Assembly (NCBI GenBank): GCA_016188495.1
Contig: JACPHU010000028.1
Span: 38,325-102,324, forward strand
DNA from: Candidatus Uhrbacteria bacterium
Lineage (GTDB): Bacteria > Patescibacteriota > Patescibacteriia > UBA9934 > GWF2-40-263
Length of the DNA stretch: 64,000 nucleotides
Direction of reading: 5' to 3'
Positions 17,245 through 25,816 of this stretch are shown here, piece by piece. The notes under the pieces were generated by a model. The model saw only the letters and a list, made by a program, of their open reading frames with translations. It ran no database searches and had not been told where the DNA came from. The stretch's first letter is position 1. Every line of letters begins with the position of its first letter. Made by a program: the position numbers and the translations under genes.

Positions 17245-18726
17245 ATGCAGACTGTTATCGATCACAATCGTACTGTCGCCGCCCGTGCGGTTCAGCTCAA
17301 CATTCGGGTCGGAGAGAATCGTTTCCCGGTCATGGATCGCACTGCACTTGCAACCTGGCTCGTCAGTCGGCTCAAAGGAGCCCGTCGGGTTTCGGAAGTT
17401 CAGAATTGGGACGTTTTGCGTCTGCCGGATCTGGACCAGGCTCTGGTCGCCCAGACGCTCGCCGAGTGTCCGGACACATTGAATGTCCTGGGTGTGGATG
17501 TCCTGGTGGAATATCGGGCGCCTTACTGCGGCATACCTCAGGCTCCGCGAGTGTCTCTTCCGGAAGAATTGGTGGCCAAGATGGGTTGGACCAATCTCCC
17601 GGACGAGGGCGTCGTCCTTCCTAGCGGACGGATGGTCGAGGTGTCTTTCTCGATTCGGTCCGGTTACTACGGGACGTCTTTTTTCGGAACCGACATCCTG
17701 CAGCTCAAGGAACAGGTGAGAGATCATTTGAACCAGGGTCAGTGGGATCGCTGGGTCATCAAGCCTGAGATTGTTCTTCCGAATATGTCGGATGCGACCG
17801 TCACCATCCCCGAGATCATCGCCGACGATTATGGTCGGTGTGTGGTCACTGGGCGATATCTTTTCGCCTACGGTACGGTGCAACCCTACCGTTACTACTC
17901 TTCAGACCCGCTGACCTGGAAGTCTTTCTGGACCCGCAATTGGGCGGAGGCTGAGAAGATGCATGCCAAGGCGGTCGCGGAGTTGGAGAAGAATCGCGAA
18001 GCAATCCGTCTCGAGGCCCAGCGTGGGCAGATGATGGAGGAGGTCGAGTCTCTCAAGACCCAGGCGAGCGAGCTGTATAATCTGGCTTACAACCAGTACT
18101 ACAGCGAGTTCGATTCTGATCTGCGTACTCAGATCTACTATCTGCGCAGCCCGTCGTTTTACTCGTCCACCGGTGTGGTGGAGATTAATCGCTGGATCAA
18201 CGAGACCAAGCCGGTTCTGGCGAAGGCGCAAGCCGAAGTCGATCGGATCACTACTCAGCGTGCTGAGGCCGAACGAATTCGTTTGGAGACGGAAGAACTC
18301 GAGAAGCGAGAACTCGAGATCATTCTGCCTTTGGTAGATGATCGTATGAAGGTAGCTCGGGACATCCTTTGTTTTGCCAAGGCGGTTGAATCTCTCAAAG
18401 GGGCTGTCAAGGGAGCCTGTCTTCTTCGCGGTGAACTGTCAGCTTCGTACGGTCGAGCTCGGCGACAACAGGTGTTGCGAGAGGCTCTGCCGACTCTCGA
18501 TGAATATGACAATGCCAGTGGAGTTCTCTACTTCAATCGAGCCGCGGATGTAGATCTGTGGCTTGAAGCGGCGGCAACCTGGCTCGAGTCTCGCAATGGT
18601 GGTCCCGTGGCAGTTTCGAAGAAGTCGGTTCCGAAGCCTTCTTCTACGATATCGGCTCCAACGTCTTCCAACGGCGGTGGGTTTACCCTCGCTGATCTGG
18701 CTGGCAAGTTCAGTTCTCGACGCTAA
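17245..18726 (+). CDS. Hypothetical protein with a central coiled-coil region
   Basis: About 493 aa from the ATG at 17245 (the track starts at a GTG at 17242). Residues ~250-370 are heptad-rich (AEAEKMHAKAVAELEKNREAIRLEAQRGQMMEEVESLKTQ...), and the C-terminus is Ser/Gly-rich. Confidence 0.45.
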   Translation: MQTVIDHNRTVAARAVQLNIRVGENRFPVMDRTALATWLVSRLKGARRVSEVQNWDVLRLPDLDQALVAQTLAECPDTLNVLGVDVLVEYRAPYCGIPQAPRVSLPEELVAKMGWTNLPDEGVVLPSGRMVEVSFSIRSGYYGTSFFGTDILQLKEQVRDHLNQGQWDRWVIKPEIVLPNMSDATVTIPEIIADDYGRCVVTGRYLFAYGTVQPYRYYSSDPLTWKSFWTRNWAEAEKMHAKAVAELEKNREAIRLEAQRGQMMEEVESLKTQASELYNLAYNQYYSEFDSDLRTQIYYLRSPSFYSSTGVVEINRWINETKPVLAKAQAEVDRITTQRAEAERIRLETEELEKRELEIILPLVDDRMKVARDILCFAKAVESLKGAVKGACLLRGELSASYGRARRQQVLREALPTLDEYDNASGVLYFNRAADVDLWLEAAATWLESRNGGPVAVSKKSVPKPSSTISAPTSSNGGGFTLADLAGKFSSRR

Positions 18727-18877
18727 ACACTCCCCTCACACGAGGGGTTCACAACACGAGGAGGATCGCGCATACGCACGCGCGATCCTCTCCTCAATTT
18801 CCTCCGTCACAATAGGGTGATGTGGGATGAGAGGAAAGCAAAAAGAAAAACAACCTCAAAGTGAGATTGTTTCCACG

Positions 18878-18915
18878 CATATTCCCTGAGCGAGGAGTTC
18901 TCGACGAGTCGAAGG
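18878..18915 (+). repeat. R1 intergenic motif, copy IV
   Basis: CATATTCCCTGAGCGAGGAGTTCTCGACGAGTCGAAGGG is identical over 34 nt to the core of copy II. It sits between two convergent genes. Confidence 0.5.
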
Positions 18916-18928
18916 GTTGCATCTAGGA

Positions 18929-19486
18929 TTATGCACGCGGAAAGGGCTCCATGTTCATAATATGTTGCGCTGATTCCACAGGAAGCACTTTATATTTCAC
19001 GAGTTCCTCAACCAAGACGTTGAGTTTACGATCTTCTTTACGCATCAGAACAGTGAAGTCCCCGCGAAGATCACCAAGCTTTTCATCCAAATAGTCTTTT
19101 GTGACCATGTTTGTTTTCAGATAAGAAACGTCTGTTTCAACTCCAGAAAGTCTATTCTCAACTCCAGAAAGACGATTTTCTATCCCCGTAAAACGTTCTT
19201 CTGTATGTTGGGCGAAGGTGTTAATGGTCGATAAAATGTCGTCATTTTGTTGAGCGAGCTTGTCAGTCTCAAGAACGAGCTTATCGGTCTTAAGAACAAG
19301 TTGTTCGTTCTGTTGAGCCAGCTTATCGGTCTTAAGAACAAGTTGTTCGTTCTGTTGAGCGATTTTATCGGTCTTAAGAACAAGTTGTTCGTTCTGTTGA
19401 GCGATTTTATTGATTGCTAAAAGAATATCATTTTGAGTTGGTTCGTTCATACATTTTGGATTATAACACACAGACGCATTCCTCAT
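18929..19486 (-). CDS. Coiled-coil protein with tandem 14-aa repeats
   Basis: 185 aa. Contains AQQNEQLVLKTDK(L/I) repeated three times plus degenerate copies; lower G+C than neighbouring genes. Confidence 0.45.
   Translation of the reverse strand: MRNASVCYNPKCMNEPTQNDILLAINKIAQQNEQLVLKTDKIAQQNEQLVLKTDKLAQQNEQLVLKTDKLVLETDKLAQQNDDILSTINTFAQHTEERFTGIENRLSGVENRLSGVETDVSYLKTNMVTKDYLDEKLGDLRGDFTVLMRKEDRKLNVLVEELVKYKVLPVESAQHIMNMEPFPRA
19241..19406. repeat. Tandem 42-nt direct repeats (about 3.5 copies) inside the 18929..19486 CDS
   Basis: The unit TTATCGGTCTTAAGAACAAGTTGTTCGTTCTGTTGAGC(GATT/CAGC) recurs at 19281, 19323 and 19365, with a degenerate copy upstream. The repeats are in-frame and encode the 14-aa repeat. 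Confidence 0.6.
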
Positions 19487-19589
19487 AATTTTAGAATAAT
19501 CATCGCATTATTCTCCTCAATTTCCCTCGTCATAATAATGTGATGATGGATGAGAGGATCTTCCGGGTCAATACAACAAGGAGACACAC

Positions 19590-20477
19590 ATGAGCTTTGC
19601 TCGTGAAGTGTTTTTTGGAAAAGTTGACCTGGACACGCTTGTGACATCTCTTGTTCTAGGACTCAATCCTAGCGAGATATTGTTCAAAGCGGTTGCTGGG
19701 TCCGTGTCTGAGGTCATGCTGGCGGATACGTCCGTGATGGCCATCGAAGTCGGCGGAAGCGGAAGAGTCGCCGAGAATAACTTCGACCATCATTCTTCCA
19801 AAGGAGGGACCACTCTTTCCTCTGCAGCTCAGGCGCTTGAGCGTCTTGCTCGACTTGTCCGCTATGTGGATGAGCTCGATCGGGGTGATCGTCGTGCTGA
19901 GTATGTAAAGGACGGCGGATTTCCATCGCTGTCTCAGCTCATTTCGGGAATGCTCCTTGTTGAGCATAGTCCCAATGTCCGTATGGAAAGAGGACTGGAA
20001 CTCCTCAAAGTCGTTCTTCACAGCGGAATCGATCCGTTTGGTTCCATGGATGCTATTCTGGATTTTATTCCTCAAGGTCGTTTGTATGCCTCCACAAAAC
20101 GGGAGCATGATCGACAGTTTGAGGAAATGTCTAGAACGGCGACGTGGTACACCACAAACGAGGGTCGAAGATTTGCGGTGGTAGAAACTTCCTGGATCGG
20201 CGCGCTGGGTGTTTTATATGGGAAAGGAGCGGATATCGTTCTTGCTCTCAATCCTGAAATGTCCAAGTCGGACGGAAACGGAAGCTACAAAAAATTCACC
20301 CTCGCGGTGAATCGGTCTGTCGTAGATATCACAGTCTTTCCCGTCCTTGAAGAGCTGTTAAAACTCGAAGAGGGATGGGGCGGACCAAATCATGGAGGAA
20401 TCTGCGGGTCTCCGGTTGGAAGAAATTCTGAATTGGAGATTCAACAAGTTGTTCAGATCGTGATCGAGAAACTGTAA
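19590..20477 (+). CDS. Hypothetical protein
   Basis: 295 aa, G+C-rich, no recognised motif. Confidence 0.45.
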   Translation: MSFAREVFFGKVDLDTLVTSLVLGLNPSEILFKAVAGSVSEVMLADTSVMAIEVGGSGRVAENNFDHHSSKGGTTLSSAAQALERLARLVRYVDELDRGDRRAEYVKDGGFPSLSQLISGMLLVEHSPNVRMERGLELLKVVLHSGIDPFGSMDAILDFIPQGRLYASTKREHDRQFEEMSRTATWYTTNEGRRFAVVETSWIGALGVLYGKGADIVLALNPEMSKSDGNGSYKKFTLAVNRSVVDITVFPVLEELLKLEEGWGGPNHGGICGSPVGRNSELEIQQVVQIVIEKL

Positions 20478-20643
20478 AAGACAGAACGTTCATACTCTTG
20501 CGGAATAAAAAAGTAGCCCAAAAAGTGGCGAAATGATGTTCCAGCATGTTTCGGGTGAAAACTCCGCCCGGGACTGGTATCGTTTTGCGCTTTTGCAAGG
20601 CAAACCAGTGAGGCATTCGTGCCTAGCATGACTTCTCTTCCAT

Positions 20644-20672
20644 TTCCGGGCGGAGGCTCGGAAGAGAAGGGG
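20644..20672 (+). repeat. R1 motif, degenerate copy V, immediately upstream of the 20684 ATG
   Basis: TTCCGGGCGGAGGCTCGGAAGAGAAGGGGAG matches copy III (TTCCCTGAGCGGAGGCTCG...GAAGTCGAAGGGGAG). Confidence 0.35.
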
Positions 20673-20683
20673 AGTATGAGTAG

Positions 20684-21697
20684 ATGTCGGAGTCCATTTC
20701 TAATCGCAAGCTTCTCGTGATCGCCGGCGGTTCGCCTTCGTCTATCATCGCCACGTATCTCTATTTGAGTGACGGTGGAGTGGACCCTGAGACCGTGCTG
20801 GAGCAGATGAAGGCAGGTGAGATTCAAGTGGTCTTCACTCAGGCCTTTCAGGTCGGTGAGCATCCCAGGTTTGGAGTGAGCGAGGCGCTCAAGGCTGTGC
20901 GTGAACTGCCGAAAGATGGGCAAGTCGTCTGGATCGGACTGGGCGTGAACAACCAGGATCCCCAGATGACCGAGAACATTTTTCGTGAGATCGGCATTGA
21001 TCGCCTCCATGTGGTCTGTGATGAGCATGAGCCCGAGCGCTGGGAAGCTCTCATGGAAAAGCTTGGTTTTGTTTCCGGGCAGTTTTCTCTCAAGACCAAG
21101 CCGGAACATCGTTCGGCTGCCTCCATCGTTGCGGAGGATTTCGGTGTGCCCATTTACGAAATCTTCGTTCAGGCGGGTGATTGGGCCGACAATCGGCAGA
21201 TGGATGTTTCCGATGAGGCACAGAGAATCGCCTTTTCTATCTCGGCCGCAACTAAGCTGAGGATGGGAGACAATGCGTTTCGTGTGACAGCCCTTCTGCA
21301 TCTGTTGGGAGACCGGGAGGCGCGGAAGGAGTTCTACGTTCGTCTTGAGGCTGCGGGTCCGGTGTATGCTGCCGTGGAGGAGGCTTTGGCCAACGCTCAG
21401 ATGCAGGGCCAGATCCTGGTCGTCCATAAGAAGGAGGGCGAGGCGGGTCTGGTCTTCGATGATACCGACGCGATGAACCAGGGGTACGCTCGTGCTCCGT
21501 TTGTGGTTGTCATCGGAGAGAAGTCTGGAGAGGGTCCGTGCATTCAGGTCGGGGTGAACAACAGCCACCCGACTCTGGGCAAGACGAACCTGCTTCAGGT
21601 TCTCGCCGACTTCGGTCCCACAGGAATCGTCCCGAAGGTCGCCATCCGTGGGACCGAGAATCTTTTTGAGATTCTTGTGAGGCTCAACGCTCTGTAA
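20684..21697 (+). CDS. Hypothetical protein
   Basis: 337 aa, G+C-rich, no recognised motif. Confidence 0.45.
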   Translation: MSESISNRKLLVIAGGSPSSIIATYLYLSDGGVDPETVLEQMKAGEIQVVFTQAFQVGEHPRFGVSEALKAVRELPKDGQVVWIGLGVNNQDPQMTENIFREIGIDRLHVVCDEHEPERWEALMEKLGFVSGQFSLKTKPEHRSAASIVAEDFGVPIYEIFVQAGDWADNRQMDVSDEAQRIAFSISAATKLRMGDNAFRVTALLHLLGDREARKEFYVRLEAAGPVYAAVEEALANAQMQGQILVVHKKEGEAGLVFDDTDAMNQGYARAPFVVVIGEKSGEGPCIQVGVNNSHPTLGKTNLLQVLADFGPTGIVPKVAIRGTENLFEILVRLNAL

Positions 21698-21705
21698 TTT
21701 CATTA

Positions 21706-21791
21706 CTCAGCTCTTGTTACGTACATCTGTATGTAGCAAGGGCTTATTCTCTCAGGATCGCAGGTTCCTCGCCTGTGGTGCTGAGAGGATA
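21706..21791 (+). repeat. R2 intergenic repeat, copy a
   Basis: CTCAGCTCTT...AGGGCTTATTCTCTCAGGATCGCAGGTTCCTCGCCTGTGGTGCTGAGAGGATA. The 3' ~50 nt are near-identical to the copy at 22566. The 5' hairpin CTTGTTAC/GTAGCAAG covaries with CTTCTGT/ACAGAAG in copy b. Confidence 0.55.
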
Positions 21792-21804
21792 GAAATATCT
21801 TAAA

Positions 21805-22092
21805 ATGTTTTTTCGCAACGGAGGAATGATGAGAGTTTTTTCCTTAGCAAATTGTTTTCTTGTTACCGCATGGTTAGTGTATGTGTTTGTGGATCTGGAA
21901 AAATTCAAGGAGCCCAAGATAGTTCATTTGACATGTGCCGGAGTCTATCTCATTACGGGTGGGCTTTTCGGAGTCTCTATGTACGTCGACAGGGTGGAGA
22001 CGTATCGATCGGCACTCTGTTTGATGATCCTCTCTTTTCTTATCGTTGGTGTGGAAATCATTCGCGCCAATATGTGTAAGTCTAAGGTTTAG
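21805..22092 (+). CDS. Hypothetical membrane protein
   Basis: 95 aa with three hydrophobic helices. Confidence 0.35.
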   Translation: MFFRNGGMMRVFSLANCFLVTAWLVYVFVDLEKFKEPKIVHLTCAGVYLITGGLFGVSMYVDRVETYRSALCLMILSFLIVGVEIIRANMCKSKV

Positions 22093-22104
22093 AAAGGAAA
22101 GAAA

Positions 22105-22560
22105 ATGTATTATATCGACACAGATCGCTCACCCACGTTGAGTACGCCCGGGATGGAGTTCGATGAAGTGTATGGGCATCGAACCTATGGAGAGAGGGTG
22201 TGGAATCCTCAGATAGCAGGTCTGTACTTTTCTCGAAAACAGACTTCAGGATCGTTTATCGATCAGTATGGTATTCGTGAGGCACTCAAGACCGAGTGTC
22301 CCATGAATGCCAACATGCTGGATTTTTTTCTGGAGCATCCGGAAGAGATCCCTCCAGGATGGGGGCGTTCTTGTTACAAGACGATCTATTTCTTCGGTAC
22401 CTTGCTCAAGCGGACGGGTCGTCTATTCGTTCGATGCCTCATCCGTCAGGATGATGGGACGTACATTGGCGGGTATCACGAATTGGACTGTTCCGCTCAG
22501 GATGTACGATGGTCCAATGATCCGGTCGCGGTCCATCTCTTTTTTGACATGCTCCTTTGA
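22105..22560 (+). CDS. Hypothetical protein
   Basis: 151 aa, no recognised motif. Confidence 0.4.
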   Translation: MYYIDTDRSPTLSTPGMEFDEVYGHRTYGERVWNPQIAGLYFSRKQTSGSFIDQYGIREALKTECPMNANMLDFFLEHPEEIPPGWGRSCYKTIYFFGTLLKRTGRLFVRCLIRQDDGTYIGGYHELDCSAQDVRWSNDPVAVHLFFDMLL

Positions 22561-22565
22561 ATAAT

Positions 22566-22652
22566 CTCAGCTCTTCTGTCGTATGTACGGTATACAGAAG
22601 GGCTTATTCTCTCAGGATCGCAGGTTCTCTCGCCTGTGGTGCTGAGAGGATA
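22566..22652 (+). repeat. R2 intergenic repeat, copy b
   Basis: See copy a; it follows the 22105..22560 stop and precedes the 22726 gene. Confidence 0.55.
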
Positions 22653-22725
22653 AGAAATTATTCATTTCGAATCCTTTTTCGTACTGAATCAGTGATAGTA
22701 ACAACAGAGAAAGGAGTCCTTTAAA

Positions 22726-23145
22726 ATGGACAGGAACGATGAGGATAAGGTTTTTTCAGACGAGAAACTTTCAGACCATACGGATCATCCGGAAGTGTCT
22801 GAGTCTTTTTATGGTGCATGGGATAGGTTGATCGATCATCTGTCTTTTCGCCACTCTATAGAGAGCGATATGGATGTCGGGACTCCTCCCTATGAGGAGA
22901 GCCGATATTTCGGATGGGGAGATGAAGGTGATGAGCTCGACGATGGCTACGATGAACCTGAGTCGTGGCTCCCAGATGATTGTGAGTATGAAGATGACTA
23001 CCGCGGTCCCGATTCCATGTTGAATGAGTCGGATGATGAACCGGAAGGGGAGCACGACTGGCAGATGGAGGTGTGTGCGCATGCAATTGCAGGCTATGAA
23101 CACCTCGAAAATCTTCCTCGATTCGAAAAGATGAGAAGGTCTTGA
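22726..23145 (+). CDS. Hypothetical highly acidic protein
   Basis: 139 aa, Asp/Glu-rich (DDGYDEPESWLPDDCEYEDDYRGPDSMLNESDDEPEGEHD). Confidence 0.4.
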   Translation: MDRNDEDKVFSDEKLSDHTDHPEVSESFYGAWDRLIDHLSFRHSIESDMDVGTPPYEESRYFGWGDEGDELDDGYDEPESWLPDDCEYEDDYRGPDSMLNESDDEPEGEHDWQMEVCAHAIAGYEHLENLPRFEKMRRS

Positions 23146-23161
23146 ACATAAGGAGGGTCAT

Positions 23162-23680
23162 GTGCAGATAGGACGTCCGAAAGATCGTCTTTCCTCTGTA
23201 GAGCTTCGTGAGTTGTTTGCCAATAAAATCAGAGATTTCGACAGTGGGCGCGGGATGGAAATTCCTCATCGGTTCCCCGATGAGTTGGAAGGTCTGTGTT
23301 TCAGCCTGTGTGTCTTGGACAGAGTGATCGGAAATCTGTTTGCACGTACGGACGAATCTGCTTGCGAATACCCGGTGGTTCGCGCGTATGCTTGTTGGAC
23401 TATCGTAGCCCTCACGAGGAATCGCAGAATCACCAATGAGCATCCTGATGAGGAAGCTCAGGTTCAAGCGTTGGTTGAGTTTTTGATCAAGGAGACTCGC
23501 TGGACGGATCGTCAGATCGAATATCCGCGTTCTCAGTCAGGTTTCATGAACCTTGTTGACGAACTCAATGAGGAACAGAGACTCCTTTCTTTGGAAGAGA
23601 CAGAGCCGGGTTTGGATGAAGACTATCCAGACGAGGAAGACGATCATTTCGGTCGTCTGATCGGATGGATTGAAAAGTAA
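23162..23680 (+). CDS. Hypothetical protein with acidic C-terminus
   Basis: 172 aa, GTG start; no recognised motif. Confidence 0.4.
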   Translation: MQIGRPKDRLSSVELRELFANKIRDFDSGRGMEIPHRFPDELEGLCFSLCVLDRVIGNLFARTDESACEYPVVRAYACWTIVALTRNRRITNEHPDEEAQVQALVEFLIKETRWTDRQIEYPRSQSGFMNLVDELNEEQRLLSLEETEPGLDEDYPDEEDDHFGRLIGWIEK

Positions 23681-23689
23681 TAATCTCAC

Positions 23690-23740
23690 CCGAGTTCGTT
23701 GCATTACGCGCACGACTCGGGTTTTATTTTTATCTATCCA
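23690..23740 (+). terminator. Putative terminator at the distal end of the G+C-rich island
   Basis: Imperfect stem CCCGAGTTCGT...ACGACTCGGG followed by TTTTATTTTTAT. Confidence 0.4.
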
Positions 23741-23805
23741 CATCTTTGTTCTCCCAGAACCGTCTAAATACGTTACAATAGGGACACGCTTGAGGCGTAA
23801 CCGCC

Positions 23806-25677
23806 ATGCAACGTCTCTCTATAAAAATGACAACTTCTTTTTTGCGCACGGTTCTTCTTGCCGTTGTGGCTTTTTTGTTTTTCTTTTTTGTTTTTGCCGC
23901 ACATCCCGCACTGGCTCAACAGACAGCCTTTGAAAAATTTGGCGAGGCTTCCACGCTTCCAACCGATGATATCGCGATCATCGTTGCGCGAGTTATTCGG
24001 GCTATTTTTGGAGTTGTTGGGATTATTTTTACCGGATTAGTGATTTATGCGGGATTTCTTTATTTTCTTGCGCGCGGGGAACCAGAACCTGTCAAAAAAT
24101 CCAAAAAAATTCTTCAACAGTCCATCATCGGGTTGATTCTGATGTTTTCGTCCTACAGTATCGCAACCTATATTTTAAACCGTCTTCTTGAAGCGGCCTT
24201 CACCAGCAGTGTGTCCTCGACTGCAGAAGCTTACAGTGAACCGTTATCCGGCGCGTTGGGCGGTGGCATTATCGACGATCACTATCCAGAACGTAATGCA
24301 ACAGATATCCCTCGCAATACAAGAATTTTTGTCAGTTTTAAAGAAGCGATCGACCCTGCCAGTCTTATAGAAGGGTATGAGTCTAATCCTGATTCGACCG
24401 CGTTGAATACTGATAGCGTGCTTATTTATCCAACCGATGATGGATCCGGAAGCGCGTTGCTTTCCGATCAGGTGGTGGTGACGTTTGACGAAGAACAGAA
24501 AGTGTTCGTGTTCGATCCTGTCGGTTACTTGGGAAGTGCGGATAAAGACATCAATTACACAGTGACACTTACCACAGAAATCCAAAAAGCGGACGGAAGC
24601 GATGCTTTTACAGGAGCGTATTCGAGCGGTTATGAATGGACCTTTGAAGTTTCAACCGAAATCGATCTCACGCCTCCCTATATTACGTCCGTGGTTCCAA
24701 AACAGGATGCAAAAGAACCTCGAAATGTCACGATCGAAATAAATTTCAGCGAAGCGATGGATCCGGTGGCAAGCACTGGTTCTTATCTTGTCAGTCAGGA
24801 TCCTCTTTTTACCAATATTCAAGTTCTGGATGAAAGCGGAAAGAATGTTGAAGGAGCATTTGAAATAAGCAACGGATATCGCACTGTCAGTTTTACCACG
24901 ATCGACGCCTGCGGAGAGGATCCTTGCGGGGATACCATTTACTGTCTCCCAACCAATCAGTTGATTACATCTTTTGCCAAAGCGGCCACCTTGAATGATG
25001 CGGAAGTTCCGCAGGCAAAATCCAGCGGAGTCACATTTGACGGGTTGGTGGATTCCGCAGCCAATTCGCTTGACGGAGATCATGACGGGGATGCCTGCGG
25101 ATCTGAATTGGATACGGTCAGCTGTAAGGACGAGGAAGCAAACGACAACTATCAGTGGACGTTTACTACGACCGATGAAATCAATGACATTGTTCCTCAA
25201 GTCGTTTCTGTAAATCCTGGAATAGAAGAAGATGAAATCAGCCAGACCAATGACGTAGAAGTGAGATTTAATACGTTTCTCAAGTCTTCTACCGTAAAAA
25301 CCGACAGTGTTTCACTTTGGCCGGATCCTTATTATGAATTTTGGTTCGCTGTTAGGAAGGATAATACCGATACGGAAACAGTCGTACATCTTGAACATCC
25401 GACGTTGGTGAGCACGGATGAAGGAGGATGGGATTACTGGCCGGTACTGACTCACGAGATAAAGAGTACGTATCAGATCTGTATGTATCCTGCGATCGGC
25501 CCGAATTCTTGTCTGGATCCGGATACAGGTCGTAGGTCAGCCAATGCTCCTTATTGCTGCAACGGGGTTCCTTCCGCTTCACAGTGTCAGACGGATACAC
25601 AGGACGAAGTGGATGGAACACTCTATCCGGTACCGAACGATTACGTTTTGCCTAATAATACAGAAACTGAATTGTAA
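23806..25677 (+). CDS. Secreted/cell-surface protein with Ig-like (bacterial Ig/SbsA-type) domains and a TrbC/VirB2-pilin-like N-terminal module
   Basis: Signal peptide ending AHPALAQ. A conserved ~110-aa module with two hydrophobic helices is shared with the N-terminus of the next gene. Repeated beta-rich segments such as TPPYITSVVPKQDAKEPRNVTIEINFSEAMDPVASTGSYLV are typical of bacterial Ig-like domains. Confidence 0.55.
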   Translation: MQRLSIKMTTSFLRTVLLAVVAFLFFFFVFAAHPALAQQTAFEKFGEASTLPTDDIAIIVARVIRAIFGVVGIIFTGLVIYAGFLYFLARGEPEPVKKSKKILQQSIIGLILMFSSYSIATYILNRLLEAAFTSSVSSTAEAYSEPLSGALGGGIIDDHYPERNATDIPRNTRIFVSFKEAIDPASLIEGYESNPDSTALNTDSVLIYPTDDGSGSALLSDQVVVTFDEEQKVFVFDPVGYLGSADKDINYTVTLTTEIQKADGSDAFTGAYSSGYEWTFEVSTEIDLTPPYITSVVPKQDAKEPRNVTIEINFSEAMDPVASTGSYLVSQDPLFTNIQVLDESGKNVEGAFEISNGYRTVSFTTIDACGEDPCGDTIYCLPTNQLITSFAKAATLNDAEVPQAKSSGVTFDGLVDSAANSLDGDHDGDACGSELDTVSCKDEEANDNYQWTFTTTDEINDIVPQVVSVNPGIEEDEISQTNDVEVRFNTFLKSSTVKTDSVSLWPDPYYEFWFAVRKDNTDTETVVHLEHPTLVSTDEGGWDYWPVLTHEIKSTYQICMYPAIGPNSCLDPDTGRRSANAPYCCNGVPSASQCQTDTQDEVDGTLYPVPNDYVLPNNTETEL

Positions 25678-25807
25678 GAGATCTTTGCAAAACTCGCGAT
25701 CTTGCCCTTCACGGGCGCCCGTTGACCACACTCTCCCTATGAGGAATAGGCTTCGTGCGGCAGGGCAGCCCGTTCAAGACAATCTCATCGAGTTTTGTAA
25801 AGATCTC
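25678..25807 (+). repeat. Copy A of the palindromic repeat element, filling the spacer between the 23806 gene stop and the giant-gene start
   Basis: GAGATCTTTGCAAAACTCG...CGATCTTGCCCTTCACGGGCGCCCG...CCCTATGAGGAATAGG...GCAGCCCGTTCAAGACAATCTCATCGAGTTTTGTAAAGATCTC. The terminal 19-bp stem has one G-U wobble (GCAAAAC vs GTTTTGT), allowed only in plus-strand RNA. The copy has no stop in one frame. Confidence 0.6.
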
Positions 25808-25816
25808 ATAAACCAC

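Noticed and set aside
19241-19406. Tandem 42-nt repeats as a CRISPR array
   Set aside because: The repeats are directly adjacent without spacers, are in-frame and encode a coiled-coil heptad-like peptide repeat.
25544-25816. N-terminal extension of the giant ORF (track start 25544)
   Set aside because: The extension runs through repeat A and overlaps the upstream gene's end. A canonical signal peptide begins at the ATG at 25817, so translation almost certainly starts there.
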